Positions 14,041 through 26,758 of a stretch of DNA of 64,000 bases are shown here, one piece after another. The stretch comes from Vicugna vicugna. Taxonomy: Eukaryota. Where the stretch lies: assembly GCA_013265495.1 (NCBI GenBank), contig MU057521.1, positions 496,001 through 560,000 on the forward strand, in the 5' to 3' direction. The notes beneath the pieces are model-generated. The model worked only from the letters and a program-made list of their open reading frames with translations, did no database searches and had not been told where the DNA came from. The first letter of the stretch is position 1. The number at the start of each line of letters is the position of its first letter. The position numbers and the translations under genes are program-made.

Positions 14041-14589
14041 TGTGTGCCAAAGTTCAACCACAAAAATAGAATCAACAGGGGACACACACACACGCACACA
14101 CACACACACACAGATATATGTATATATAAGGGAGTCAGAAAGAGAGAGAGAGAGATTTGTTGCAAGGAATTGGCTTACACGACTGTAGAGGCTGGCTAAG
14201 CATTTCTGGTCTCTGTAGGCAGACACTCAGGAAGGGAAGAGCACAAGCTGGAGCCCCAGAGGCACAGGCCGGAGCTGCTGTCACAGGCAGGCAGGAAGGC
14301 AGATCCAGCAAAGGGAGAGCAATTACAGCCCCAGCTGCTACTGGGAATCTCTTTTGCCATGAAGAGCCCAGTCCCTTCGAAGGGTCTGGCTTGCCAAGAA
14401 TGATCTCTAGAGTTTAAGGTCAACTCATTAGGGACTTTCATTACATCTGCAATATCCCTTCATAGAAGCACCTAGATTAGGGCTTGACTGAATACCTAGA
14501 AGGTGTGTATATGCTACAAAGTGGCTATAGCCCTCTCTCTTGTGCCCAGAGTTTAGCCTAGCTAAGATGACAAATCAAAAACGATCACA
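14041..14589 (-). mobile_element. MLT2 (ERVL) solo LTR with internal (CA)n
   Basis: agagagatttgttgcaaggaattggcttacacgactgtagaggctgg, gcacctagattag, terminal gatgacaaatcaaaaacgatcaca. Confidence 0.85.
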
Positions 14590-14639
14590 CCGTATATTTA
14601 GGAACACATATATGCATACATATTATCATGTAATACATG

Positions 14640-14765
14640 ATAAAACAGTATCTTTGTTTTAAGACTCAAAACATCTCCCTCCTACCAGACAGTACATCTT
14701 CTTCCTAACTCTAAGTCCCAGTGGTACATGGTAGATGCATAATAAATTCTGAATGAATGAATGAT
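14640..14765 (-). mobile_element. L2 3' end
   Basis: gtacatggtagatgcataataaattctgaatgaatgaatga, the (TGAA)n L2 tail. Confidence 0.65.
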
Positions 14766-14899
14766 ATTTTCTACAGGTGTGGCAACATCAAAATGCATGC
14801 TGTGTCCATTAATATAAAATGTATTTTATTTTGAAAACAAAGTAAAAACTAAACTATGCAGACATGTAAAGAAATAGTGGCATAAAAATATGATATTCT

Positions 14900-15325
14900 G
14901 ACAGCCCAGAAGAGAGCTTCAGGCTCTCCCTCCTCATCCTGTTCACGTCTATTTCATCCCTCGAGCCTACCTGCACTTCTTCAGCAGAGCTGATACAGGA
15001 TGCTACGCTGTGTGGGCTACACAGAGCTAGTTCAAGTTTCACACTCAGATGAATCATTAGTAGGCTTCTTTGGCTTTGCCTTCATTCATTCTCACAACCG
15101 AAAGTCTTTCCTTACACACAAAGTTAGATACCACTGAACTTATCATCACGGTAACTTTGATCAAGCTTTATTGTAACTGACCATTTACTTGTGTATCTCA
15201 TCCTCCTCTACTGTTACCTCCTCGTCAACAGGGGCAACTGTGTTCCCATGATGGCTCAAGAGCCAAGTTCCCGGAACATACTAGGAGTTCATTGAGTTAA
15301 GTGATACAATGAACAAAGAATGAAC
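14900..15325 (-). mobile_element. L2 3' fragment
   Basis: tttacttgtgtatctc...ggaacatactaggagttcattgag...aatgaacaaagaatgaa. Confidence 0.5.
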
Positions 15326-15740
15326 TGTGACATTTCCTTAAGCTCCTGAAGAATCCTAGATTCTTTAAATTAATAAGCTTCAGTGTAACCCTTTCTTTCT
15401 CACCTCAATCCTTTCAATAATCCTAAAAGAAGAGACAAAAATAAAACTCAAGTGTCTGTGGATATGTTGTTGGCCAGTAACAGATCTGCTATTTCTCTAA
15501 GGATATGTATACGCCTGGGAATTTTTAATTTTTAATTTTTTAATTTTTACATTAAAAATTTCTCATCTTGATGAGCTCTGCAGACTCAGTGTGGAAAAGC
15601 GCAGTATTGATTCATGGAGGTATTTAAGTCTGGGGGAACATGGTCAAATAAATAAACTCCAGGAAAGACTCAATGAGTAGGCTCATGTATCAAGGACAAT
15701 GTCTTGAGAACACAAGCCTGGACTATGAGAGGTTTCATAC

Positions 15741-15783
15741 TTGTCTTCCCTGTCATACACTCAATTTTCTCTCAGGAGAGCAA
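15741..15783 (-). other. Candidate 43-nt exon (probably UTR if real)
   Basis: Minus-strand acceptor T13-CAG and donor CAA|GTATGA; all three frames contain a stop, late ATG gives MTGKT. Confidence 0.2.
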
Positions 15784-17054
15784 CTGAAAAAAAAAAAAAC
15801 ACTTCAGGGATAGAAAAAACAACCTATAATCTATTTCAGGCTTCTTAGTGAAAAGCACTACCTAGCAAGCTTCATTCTGCTAACAAACTAATGCCAGTAT
15901 AAAGCCAGGAAGCTGCCATATTCAGCCTTCAATTTCACTGCATTTTCCCCTTGAAATTTTTTGAGACCAATCAGGTGAAGGTTTTATTAAAATTCTCAAG
16001 TAGGATAACTTTTTACCAGTTTGTTATGAAAGCTGAAGTTCCTAGTTACTAATTTATAAATAAGCTATATTGTGCTAAATGCATTCCTCTGCTCTTTGAC
16101 TGAGTTTTGGGGTGTCTCATACATGCATAAGTAGTGAAAGCCGCTGAGGTCACAGGAGGAACATTTTAACAAACAGTCATTTTATTAATTTCATAATTAA
16201 GGATCAAGATGCCCTCTTCTAACTTCTGGCAAGGAGAAACTTGCCTTTATGCCCAGATCCTAAAGCTAAACTCTGCTAGGCTCTTCTGCCCCCAAATGCA
16301 AAGCTGTTCAAGACTTCAGCTTCAATCACTGGAGGAAGAACACTGAAAACACAAAGCTAAAACTGACAGAAGAGGAAGGGATTTCTAATATGGTCTCCTG
16401 CTCTTTGGAAAGACCTTAGTTGGCCCTTTACCATCCATCCAGGAACAGTGATTGTGAAGGGACCCAGGGTAGCATGCAAATGACCCAAGAGAGTAGCTAT
16501 CAATCCATTCACAGCTGATAACAGGAGTGCATTAGCTAGCCCTCTGTGGCTGTGTGATCAATTACCACAGCTGGTTAGATGGTCCATTTTCTTTACGATC
16601 TACACATCACCCTCATCTCTTCCATGAAGTCTTCCCAGGCTTCCAGAAATCCAACATCATGTTATATATCATCTTGGGCAATTTCTTCATTGTTTTCCCA
16701 TAGATTTCTCACTTTCCAAAGCCTACGAAAGACACATCTTCCTAGAGCAGACACTCCAGTACCTGAACTCAGAAGTCAATTTAAAACTGATGGCCTGCTT
16801 TCACTTAGAATTAGAACTATGCCGAATTTATGAGAAAGATCATTTTTAAAAAGTAAAGGGATTTAATGGAGATATAAATGACCAGTGAAAACGGGTTTGA
16901 ATAGATCTCCTGTTTTACCCACATGATTTATCAGTTTAGAAAATGACAGGTATAGTATGGCATGGTGTGAGGCCTCCAAAAACACAAAAACAAAACAGTC
17001 TTCTGGGAATCATTTCCTTGAGCACCTGGTGGAAGAAATCGTTTTCAAGGAAGT

Positions 17055-17195
17055 TGGAGGTCTAGTTTCTAGCTGTTCATTTGTTTTGTGACTTTGTACA
17101 AATCCTCTGTCCTTTAGACTTTATGTTTTCCCACTGTTGAAATGAGACAGGTTGACCTGGATGATTTTACTGTCCTGTTCATCAGTAAATTTCCA
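17055..17195 (+). mobile_element. MIR3/MIR SINE fragment
   Basis: tgtgactttgtacaaatc...ttttcccactgttgaaatgag...gttgacctggatgat core. Confidence 0.55.
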
Positions 17196-18566
17196 AGCTA
17201 AGGATTCCTAACCCTGCTCATAGGTTAGGAACTTGTACAGTGTGGCACTTAAGCGGTAACCAAGGTGTTTTGTGGAACACAGAACTCAGACCCTTGGCGA
17301 GGTTCTAGCCTGTACTCTCTGTTTTGCTGGGCGTTGTAATTCAAGGATCGCCCACAGAGGCAATGAGATGATCTTAATTAGATTCCTGTGTACCCTAAGA
17401 CCTGCACTGAAACTATGAAAGCTGTCCTTCTTTGTCAGTGACCTGATTTGTTTTCTTCCTGACCTAACTACGTCTGCATAGGAAAAATTTTAGTATTTCA
17501 ACTGTGTGCCTTCCAGATAAAGCCAAAGCATACTTTTTCCTTAACTCAGAAAATGCAAACGAATTATGAGAAAGTGCCAGGAATTAGTGAAGTTTTTAAA
17601 AGGAATGAAAAACAATACAAAATAGAGGCATCATTTACCCGTCCAAATAGATCTACAACTCCTTCCTTCAAAAAATTTTCCGAAGGGTTCCTTATTCCCT
17701 TGTTCTCTGCCTTTTTCCAGTCTTGAGTAAGTTCACCTGGCATTATGTGGTGTTACAAGGTGCCACAATTTGACTGATAAATGCCTGTGTCAAACAGAAA
17801 GCTCTCCAACCATCCTTTGGAACTGAGAACTTTAGGAGGAAAGTCTTTACCTAGAGATAAGCAAGTAAGTCTAGAGAAGGCATGCAGTGCAGGCAATCCT
17901 TAAATTTGAAGTGAAACAGCACGAAGCATTTTATTATGCCTGTTCACTTCTAAACCCCTGAAGGGAGATTAGCAACGAAGTAAATACACATCAAAAAAAT
18001 CTTTACTATCCAGGATGCAATTGTTACAGGGGACAAGTTCTTAAAGTTTCCTTATGATATGGAGTAGCTTTGAAGTTGCCTCTGGTTGGTATCGGGTAGC
18101 TCTTGGCATAAAGAGCCAAGCAGGACTAGCAGGGCAGCCCACTACTGGCCTGAAAGAAAGGAGCCTCTTCTGTCGGGGAAATAAGTGCTCAGTAAGTGGA
18201 ATGTTGACTTCGCACTGTTGATGGCCTCAAGTGTCATCTGCTTATAAAAGAGAGGCTATTTTAGAGCAAGTTAGACACAACCCCGTTTCAAGGGAGCAGG
18301 GTGGAGATGGAAAAGGATAATCTCCCTGAACATCTGTCATGATTACACATAAAACTGTACTACAGAGTCAAATGCGATCTGTTTGGTACTCTGGTCTGTT
18401 CGGCCTCAGCTATGCTGAGAGTGTTTGCAGTCACGGCTGTGTGTTTTAACTGTTTTTATGATGCCGATCACTGTAGACCCAGACAATCAAGGGAGGCGTA
18501 ACCAACACAATCAACAGGTCAACAGAGAAGATGCATTTGACCATTTAAGTCGGAGAAGGAGGCACT

Positions 18567-18960
18567 CATTACCATATGCTCTCTTGTTCTTTTCCAAAAG
18601 GAGTCAGGCAGGGAAGTAAACACGCTAGCCATTACAGCAGCTGCCAATTTACTCTGCCTTTCTCAGCTGATGAAGCTGCAGGCTACCGTCACTCTGAATC
18701 TTGTCAGCAAAGATGGCAGTGGAAGGCCACAGGCAGCAGCCTTCCCTCTCCCGCCACAGCAAAGAAGGGAAAGCAGTTCTGCCACAGAGCTGGCACATTT
18801 GGTGCTAACTCAGACCTCAGCGTGGCTCCTCCAGGCTTGGCTGCTTACTGCACAGCGAGGACATTTTGTAATTTATTTAGATGAATATTGACCTTATTTT
18901 CTTGGCACTGACACGTGAGAGTATGTTCTTTTGGAGGGTCTGGGGAATGGGGCGGGGGTG
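18567..18960 (-). promoter_or_regulatory. Candidate alternative promoter/first exon or enhancer
   Basis: GC box/G4 18936-18958, E-box CACGTG 18912-18917, forkhead GTAAACA 18616-18622, minus-strand ATG|GTAATG at 18575-18567; non-repetitive sequence. Confidence 0.25.
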
Positions 18961-20057
18961 GCCAGCACACTGACTAGCTCCGGGGAAGCCACCAGCGCAG
19001 AGCAGGTGGGCATCTCACTTCTCTCCACCCGAGCATCACCATCTATGCTGGAGATGGTGTTTTCAAGCCTTCAGTTTATAGCAGAACTTTAAAACATGAC
19101 ATGATACAAAACAGAATATCTGAGTGTCATATATCACCCTTTAGATATAAAAACCAAGTCGTGATTTTATTTTTCTTAAAGTGTTGGTTAGCCAGGTTTT
19201 TCAAAACAACAAATGTCTCTGATTCCAAAATAATTCTCCAGAATCAGAATCAGACATTTGAAATGAAACAACAGTGCAATTCTTTTCTTAGACAAAGACA
19301 CTCTTTATGAGGACGAGTTCTGAATGGGCATCACCTCCACACTTGTAAACAGTCATCCATTTAAGGAGCATAACAGTGCCTGCCATCATTTGGGAATCAG
19401 TGTGTCACCCTCTCTTAATCCACTGAAAAACATTCAATAAATAACTTTTGAAAGGAGTTACTTCCCTTATGATTTTTCATTCTTTGATTATATTATACCA
19501 CAGTATGCAACCTATAGCTAGTGTTGAAATTCAACTCTCCTCACCCTGTATTCTTATAGATTCAAAATGATAGTCATTTACATTTTTTAAATGGCAATCA
19601 CTCTGGTACATCACAAACTGTCGATGTCTCTATTTTCACAATACTTTGGGAGCAGGGCATGAAAGAAAGACATGTATCAAATTTGACACCAAAATAAGAG
19701 GAGTAGTTGCAACACTATGATTCAGTGACAACAAAGTTGAAAGGGACCACTGAGTTCAGTTCCAACTCGGTTCCTTCATTTTCCCCACGAGACACAGAAA
19801 AATAGTTTCAATAAACTGGCCAAAATTATACAATAGCCTTCTAAATTCGGCTAGTATTTTGCATAATGCCAGGATGCATGGTGGAGCCAGAACTAAATGT
19901 GTATGTTGCATTAATTCCTAATTGGAAAATTTTAATCTTAGCTTATAACCTAACCCTAACCCTTTACAAAGAGCCCAGCACAGAGCATAGGCTCAAATTA
20001 ATGCCCTATTTGCCCTTTGCATTTTTTAATGAACCTTTTATTTACAGTAACTAGTGT

Positions 20058-20170
20058 ATTCATTCAATAAATATTTATTGAATATCTTCTTGGTTAGGCA
20101 CTTTTCTAAGCATCTGGGATACAGAAGTAAACAAAATAGAAAGACACTTCCTCAGGGAACTCACCTATGG
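20058..20170 (+). mobile_element. L2 3' end (antisense-type tail)
   Basis: attcattcaataaatatttattgaatatct...taggcacttttctaagcatctgggatacagaagtaaacaaa. Confidence 0.65.
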
Positions 20171-20950
20171 ATAATAAGCCTATTTTTTTTCTCTTAATGA
20201 ATGGATGAATGAACTAAAACTGTCACTGCATTTCATCCTAAACTCTGCTTCAAGGAATTATCGTAAGAAAGAAATGACTGGATTTGCCTATTAAAGCACA
20301 GTATAGCCTTTTCAAGATAACAAAATACTATGAGCCATCATTACATAATAGCTTGCTAGCCATGGCATAAAGCAATACAAACTAATATTATCTTTCCATT
20401 TAAAATGTGAAGAAAAGAACAATTTCTATTAATTTTCTTAATGGCAACTCCACATTTTAATGAGATGCTGTAAGAAACCAATTACATTTAGCATATAAAC
20501 AATACTAAAAGTTTAGACTGTCATATAAAAATACCTTCAGGTAAATCTTTATCATTGAAAAGGAGGAAATATTACCCTCAATGTATTTTTCAACTATAAA
20601 AAGAAAATATCACGCACCTATGATCATTTTTATCATTTTCTAAAATTTACTTGATGGCACTAGGGTAATGGAGAAAATTTAAATGCTGTTGGAAATGTAA
20701 ATAACAAAACAACAACAAAAGACTCTGAAACTTCAGAATATTAAGAAAGAATGGAGAGAAGATCAACATACTTTTTAACCTCAAAGAAAAGGAATTACTT
20801 TATAGATACATGATATGACATATTTATCAACAGGAAGGATGTCAGAGAATGCAAAAATCTAGTTTGAGGGTCCTAGGAGGCACCCCGTGTGGATTCTTCC
20901 CCTGTCCCACATCTCTCTGGTCTATGTCTCGAGGGTTTCACTGGCCCTTC

Positions 20951-21050
20951 AGTAGTGTAGCCATACCCCGATGTGGCTACTGAGCACTTGAAATGTGACT
21001 TGTCCAGACTGCGATGTGCTACAAAGGTAAAATGCACACCAAATTTTGCT
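20951..21050. mobile_element. MER3 (hAT-Charlie) fragment
   Basis: atgtggctactgagcacttgaaatgtgacttgtccagactgcgatgtgct...aaaatgcacaccaaattt. Confidence 0.75.
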
Positions 21051-21254
21051 TAATTACTGGTTCATACCGTAATATGCCGATGGAGTGGTGGTCAGCTCCT
21101 AATGAGAGAATAATGTAATCATCATCATAGTATCAACTAACATCTTCTGTGTGTTTTCTGTATCCCAAGCCCTCTGCTAACTGCTTTTACCTTTCCACTT
21201 AGAATTCGAAGTTTGGCACTAAGAAGATGAAAACACTTTATGTTCTAGCACTCT

Positions 21255-21450
21255 ATAGTTTGCAGAATTCTTCCACATGTATCTTCTTATTTGCAATCCT
21301 TTGCAACCCAGTGAGGTAGATGGGAAAACAGTAATACCTCATAATTCATATAAAAAATTCTCAAGAAGTTAAAAGACTTTTCTCAAGTAACAATACTAGT
21401 CAATTAGAATAAGAATCCAGGACTCATGACTCTACAGCAGGACTTGCTCC
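21255..21450 (-). mobile_element. MIR SINE
   Basis: aatcctttgcaacccagtgaggtagatgg...gaagttaaaagacttttctcaag...gaatccaggactcatgactc. Confidence 0.65.
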
Positions 21451-21643
21451 ACGTTAGAAAGAGCAAGCAATGTAACGTCATTAGAAGTTAACCTACACCT
21501 GGAGAATCTGAATCTCAGGTAACGATTTCATTGGTGCCCCTCACTTCCCATTTCCCTAGGCATTTTCAAGCTTAATTTCTGCATAAAAATTTTCCTCCTT
21601 CAACTCTCATCCATTCCTCTCTTCTCTCAATAAATCTACTTAC

Positions 21644-21739
21644 CGGCATGAAATTGAGTGTCGTAACTGTAAATACTGGAAGGTTTTGCTTGCAGATAGG
21701 AAGCTGCAGACCTTTCCCTAAAAGCAGTGCCTACTTCTT
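21644..21739 (-). other. Candidate 96-nt internal exon of an unidentified minus-strand gene
   Basis: Acceptor ttcattgtcttttatttAG, strong donor CCG|GTAAGT, length divisible by 3, one open phase-1/phase-1 frame EVGTAFRERSAASYLQAKPSSIYSYDTQFHA; peptide not recognised. Confidence 0.35.
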
Positions 21740-22399
21740 CTAAATAAAAGACAATGAACCATGACAGAGAAGACTCCCTTCCCCATCATTCAAAGAAAAT
21801 CTTTCCTTGACATTCCTGCTAGGGCAGCGGGTTCTGATCGCAACAAGCAATGCCCAGGCTCATTCTGGCTTCCACGTGCTGAGCAGGAGAAGCTGCGGGC
21901 CAAGACAGACAGATTGTTCTTTTTTTCTTCTCATTTCTGCACTCATATAATGCCTTAGATTGGGGGCATTTTCAGCTATATGGTGGGTACACCATAAAAT
22001 CTTATACATATGTATGCACACACACACATGCACACTGAGAATAGAATATGTAATTTTCACAGTTTGTTTTATGTTGAACCTGGAATTTCGTAAAACAGTG
22101 GGTGAACAGATCTCATTTTTTATGATTTCTTTTATTTTTTAATGATAATTTTTAGAGTCTTTACATAGCTGCAGTGATTTACCACTCTAAATATTTCGTT
22201 CAGGGGGAAAAAAAGAGAAGTGGCATTTGAAAAGCACTACAATAATTTCATAAGAGCTATATTCTTTTTTTTCCCAAAAGAGTGGGAATCTCATTTTTAG
22301 CCTGCCAGGAAAAGAAAGCTTAAGAGTAAATTCTGGGAACAACTAATTTTTTTATCCTTCCATAAAGAACATTCAGGCTGCTATTGCTTCTAGTCAAGA

Positions 22400-23145
22400 A
22401 CTATTGACTGAGTCCTACTATGTGTCAGGCCTTGTGTCTGGGGCTAGAACTGTCCTGCTGAATACAACACATCTCCCTCCCTCCTGGTATATCAATTAGC
22501 TATTCATTCAACAAACACTATTGAGCATCTTACATATTGCAGGTATTACATGCCAAAAAAGCAGCTGAAATCCATGTTTTCATAGAACTGACATCCCAGT
22601 GGGGAAAAAATAACGTACAAATAAATCTAAAATAGACAATTTACATTCAGAAACTTATAGGGGTTTTGAAGAAAATAAGAAATTCAGAGTGCTGTTGAGA
22701 GGGAATTACACTTTAGATAAAGTGATCAGCAAAAATCCCTCCACAGGCAGTATTTGAGTGGAGCCCTGAAAAAGTGAAGAATCAAAGTATGTGCAGATCT
22801 GGAAGAAGAGTGTTGGAGGCAGAGGCCACCGTGGAGAGGAAACTTCAGCTGAAGTGCATTGAGCAAGGGAAATAGCACTGAAGGATAAAGTCAGAGAGAT
22901 GGGTAGGGTCTGAGGAGGCAGCAGAACTAGTGAGAACTTTGGATCTTATTCTAAGCATGATGCAAGAGCACCTGGGCATTGTAAGAAAAATGACGTACTT
23001 AAAAAAGCTTGCTCTAGGTACTGTTTAAAAACTAATCTGTAGGCTTGGGAAGTGGAAGCAGAAGGAGATGTTTGAGGCTCTGCAGGAATTTAAGTGACGG
23101 ATCACAGTGGCTGTGATTAGAGCGGTAGTGACAGAGACAGTGACA
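22400..23145 (+). mobile_element. L2 LINE fragments
   Basis: tattcattcaacaaacactattgagcatct, tgcagatctggaagaagagtgttggaggcagagg, ctttggatcttattctaag. Confidence 0.75.
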
Positions 23146-23224
23146 TAATATGAATACAGATACATAATAGAGTCATGCACTATTCTACTAAACTTACATT
23201 TATTAATTAACTTGGACTTGTGTT

Positions 23225-23350
23225 CAATATTTGAATCATTCCATCATAACCCGAATGAGGTAGGTACTATGATTATACCCACTTTACAGCTATGGAGAAG
23301 AAAGCAGAGTGAATTTCAGCAGCTTCCTCAAGACTATACAGACAGTAACT
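23225..23350 (-). mobile_element. MIR SINE fragment
   Basis: cataacccgaatgaggtaggtactatgattatacccactttacag. Confidence 0.65.
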
Positions 23351-23374
23351 GATTAGGAAGAATGTGAAAACTTA

Positions 23375-23640
23375 GCCAACTGAAAAGTTAGAGGGAACAG
23401 CCCACACATAAGACCACCTTCACTTCTGATGCCAGCGCAAGTTCAGGGGTCCCCAAAGCCACGCGTAGGTCTGTAATTCACCAGAAGGATTCACAGAATA
23501 CACTGAAGACTATTATGCTCACAGTTACGGTTCATTAGAGGGAACAGATACAGATCAAAATTAGTCAAGGGAAAACCCATATAGGGTGCAGTCCAAGAAA
23601 GTACCAAACATGGAGCTATCCGGTGTCATCTCCTGTGGAG
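23375..23640. mobile_element. MER21-family LTR fragment
   Basis: aagaccaccttcacttctgatgcc...caagttcaggggtccccaaagccac...gaacagatacagatcaaaattagtcaaggg. Confidence 0.75.
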
Positions 23641-23654
23641 CAAAGAGAGCATTC

Positions 23655-23725
23655 ATTTAAACAAAAATGTAGATTAACAGACTCCACTAAAGACCTGTTG
23701 AATCAGAATCCCTGGGGATGGGACT
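23655..23725. mobile_element. MER5A fragment
   Basis: aaatgtagatt...agacctgttgaatcagaatccctggggatggg. Confidence 0.5.
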
Positions 23726-24153
23726 CCTTGGAAAACACAAGTGTGTGTGTGAGACAGTGTGTGTGTGTCCTCCCAGGATCACGTGGCCCTTCATGCCTGA
23801 CACCTCTATAGCTTTTATTCTGTATTTCTTTCAGAAATTTTCACCCATCCCTGCCCTCACCTGCTTCCTCATAGCTTCTGCTACCCAGAACTTTACCTCG
23901 CTTGTGGCTTCCTCTTATATGGTATGGGCTCCAACTAAGACCTTTCAGCATAAACATCCACCACAAACTGACATCTACATCTAGATATCTCCACACCCTT
24001 GAGTTCCTCTTACAGAGAGGGAAATAGATGGGGAAAGAATGAGGACAAGGGGAGGAAGAGAGACTGTTGGATAGAGCGGGCCACGAGCCTACTTAGCTTC
24101 AATTAGCAGTGACTAGGGGCACATCACACTTGCACAGGGCAGGCTGTCCACAG

Positions 24154-24397
24154 CAGTGCTGCTCAAAACGCCAGCCCACAGTGAGACAAGGAGCTTGTGT
24201 CACAAGGTAAGTCAAGGCACTGCTTCCTTTGTCAACAAAGTCTTGCTATGAAAAAAAAAAGTCAGCTGAACTAAACAGAGTGCTTCATGGCACAGCTAAT
24301 TTACTCTCTGGCACAAGCCCCTTCTGTTATTGAGAATGGGTAACAAACAGCTCAAAGACTGGTAGACAGTCCATGGGCCACACTTTGAAAAGCATTA
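24154..24397. mobile_element. MER119-like hAT-Charlie element (internally deleted)
   Basis: cagtgctgctcaaa left end, aagtcagctgaactaaacagagtgctt, right end ggccacactttgaaaagca. Confidence 0.65.
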
Positions 24398-25049
24398 TTC
24401 TAAAAACAGTTGTGGATAAAATTGGCATTTGAAACAATACAAGATACAATATATGCTGATGTCAGAGATCAAAAATTAGCCAAAAAAGGTCCTTCTAGCA
24501 AACTTATGAGAAAAGCATTCCAGTGAATATACAAATCAGCTTAATGTTTAATTAAGATAATGAGAAATCAGCTTAAAGGTTAATTCACCACTGAAAATAA
24601 TTCAGACTACTAGCAGGTAAGGTGTATTTTTTATAAAGCAGGCAGACTGAACCCCAAGAGCATGGGAGGTGTGCCTTTACAGCTTACTTTTATTCCTTCC
24701 TCTCCACCAGGTAGAGTCACCAGAGTGACCTGGGAAGCATAAAAGTCAGAGAACATTTTTTTAAACTCTCTTCAAGGCTGTTAGGAGGTATAAAATACAC
24801 ACCTTGAGCAAAATAAATGTATGCACCTCAAGAAGGTAATAAATCACTTGTAGCTTTATTGTTGTCAGTCATTGGTTCTTGAAGGGCAAACTGTACTTGA
24901 TTCTTGACTTGTTCTTTGCTTCACTGATTGGCAACTTTTCTTAGAAGTTACAAAGTTTTCGCTGTTGACAACTCTGTGATTCTTTTTTAAAGTCACCAAA
25001 TGTTTTTAAAATATTTTTTCATGGCCATGGTGTGCAACTCAATTCTACA

Positions 25050-25650
25050 AACTCCAACTGAATGCCTACTACGTGCAAGGAACTAACTGCTTGCTCTGCT
25101 CTAGCGGGAATGCAGGAAGTACAAAAATGTCATCAGGGAGCTCACATAACCCTTGGGAGAGACCAGTGTATGTGCACATGACTAGAAACTAAGGGAGGCT
25201 GCAATTACTGCTATAATTGGGCAAGAAAAGGGAATGCTAAATTCTGACTATAAAAATACAAGAACACTTCACAGAAAAATTGGTCCTTGAAGAAAAAGTA
25301 GAATTTCAAGAGGCTAGAGAAGAGGGAAGTAAAGCACATCCCAGGCAGAGGAAATAACTGAACTCAGGCTTGAAAGAGTGTAGCTCATTGAGGAAACATC
25401 AAGCAATCTTCTGACACTAGTCCCTAAGATGGGCGGGGGAAGGGTGCACGAAGTGAGTCAGAGAAGGCAGGCTTACAAACGCCAGTCATGCTCGTGGAAT
25501 CGTGAGCAGTCCAAAGTGACAAGATCACAAAGGGTGTATAGAAACGTGCTGGGCTCCGAGGCTGGGCTGTCGGTTAGGGCCACATCATAAAAGGCTTTGA
25601 AAGTCGTGCTGAGGAAGTTAGAGCAAGGAGGAAACGGTACAAGATTTGTG
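25050..25650 (+). mobile_element. L2 LINE fragments
   Basis: ctgaatgcctactacgtgcaagg, catcccaggcagaggaaataac. Confidence 0.55.
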
Positions 25651-25668
25651 GCACTATAAAACAGTCTT

Positions 25669-26096
25669 TGTGATAGATTATAATATTTGAAATTTTCCAT
25701 TCCCCTCTTCTCGTCCAGCAGTTCTCTCTGCACCATTGCCTTTGGCCTCAGTCATGTGATTTGCTTTGGCTCACGGAGTAGAATGTGGGCAGCCAGACAC
25801 GCCCTGTATTACCCTCCAGTGGAAAGAAACTTAGAAGCACTGAAGGTTTCTGCCAGACTATTTGCTCGCGTACATCTGCCATGGAGAGAGTCTGCTTCTT
25901 TAGCCTGAGGCTTAGAAAGAAAAGAATCACAGAACACAACTCAACTCCCATAACCACAAACTGGGGAAGACCTGCACTCACGGACTGGCTGTCACCAACA
26001 TAGGTAAGCAAAACCCCAAACATCTGCTGTTTCAATTCACTGAGATTTCAAGATTTTTTTGTTACACAGATAATGCAGTGAATGGTGACTAATTCA
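25669..26096 (+). mobile_element. MLT1 (H-like) MaLR solo LTR
   Basis: tgtgatagatt start, gtcatgtgatttgctttggc, tgctgtttcaattcactgagattt...ttgttacacag...gactaattca end. Confidence 0.75.
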
Positions 26097-26214
26097 CCTT
26101 TAAAACTGTACCACAAGATATTTTTATTGGAAAAATACTAAAAATGTTAAAGAAAAATAAAATTACCTATAATCACAATCCCCAGAGATAATCACAGATA
26201 ACACTTTGGCCATA

Positions 26215-26685
26215 CTTTGCACTAAATATCAATCCAGAAGAGTCATACATCTTAAGAGGAAAAGTAAAGCAATGAAGCCTTTAGAAGTAAAGGGGAAAGT
26301 ATCTTCAAGGCCTTGGGGTAGGCAAAGATTTCTTGAACAGAACACAAAAAGTGCTAAAGTGAAAGACTGTGAAATTGGAATAAAAGATGCCTATTAATAA
26401 AAGACACCATCAAAAGACCGAAAAAGCAAGCCACAAAATGAAGCAAGCTTGTGCAAGCTCTGTATCCAACCAAGGCTTCACACTCAGGATGAGTAAGAAA
26501 GTGGCTAAGATGCCAACAGAAAAATGGTCAAGACATTTGAACTGGCCCTTCAACTACCAATACTTTACTTCCTGTTCCAGTATTGGTTACACTGATATGT
26601 TAACTTTGTGAAAATTAATGGAGTTATATGCTTACTATGATGTGTGTGCGATGTTATACCACAATACAAATATACATTAAAAATG
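26215..26685 (+). mobile_element. Old L1 (L1M) fragments
   Basis: gccttggggtaggcaaagatttcttgaacagaacacaaaaagtgcta...aagacaccatcaaaag. Confidence 0.7.
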
Positions 26686-26758
26686 AGAGTCTCCAAATTC
26701 TTATGTTTAGATTTAATGTAAAGTGTCAATAAGCAACTTCTCAATTAAAAGGGGCAGG

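Noticed and set aside
15741..15756. MTGKT resembling the RALYL N-terminus
   Set aside because: Only five residues, and the downstream sequence does not continue the match, so no gene symbol was assigned.
17205..17231. 9-bp inverted repeat ttcctaacc/ggttaggaa
   Set aside because: A few such hairpins are expected by chance in 64 kb.
19946..19963. Telomere-like (TAACCC) repeats
   Set aside because: Only about 2.5 units, too short to call an interstitial telomeric sequence.
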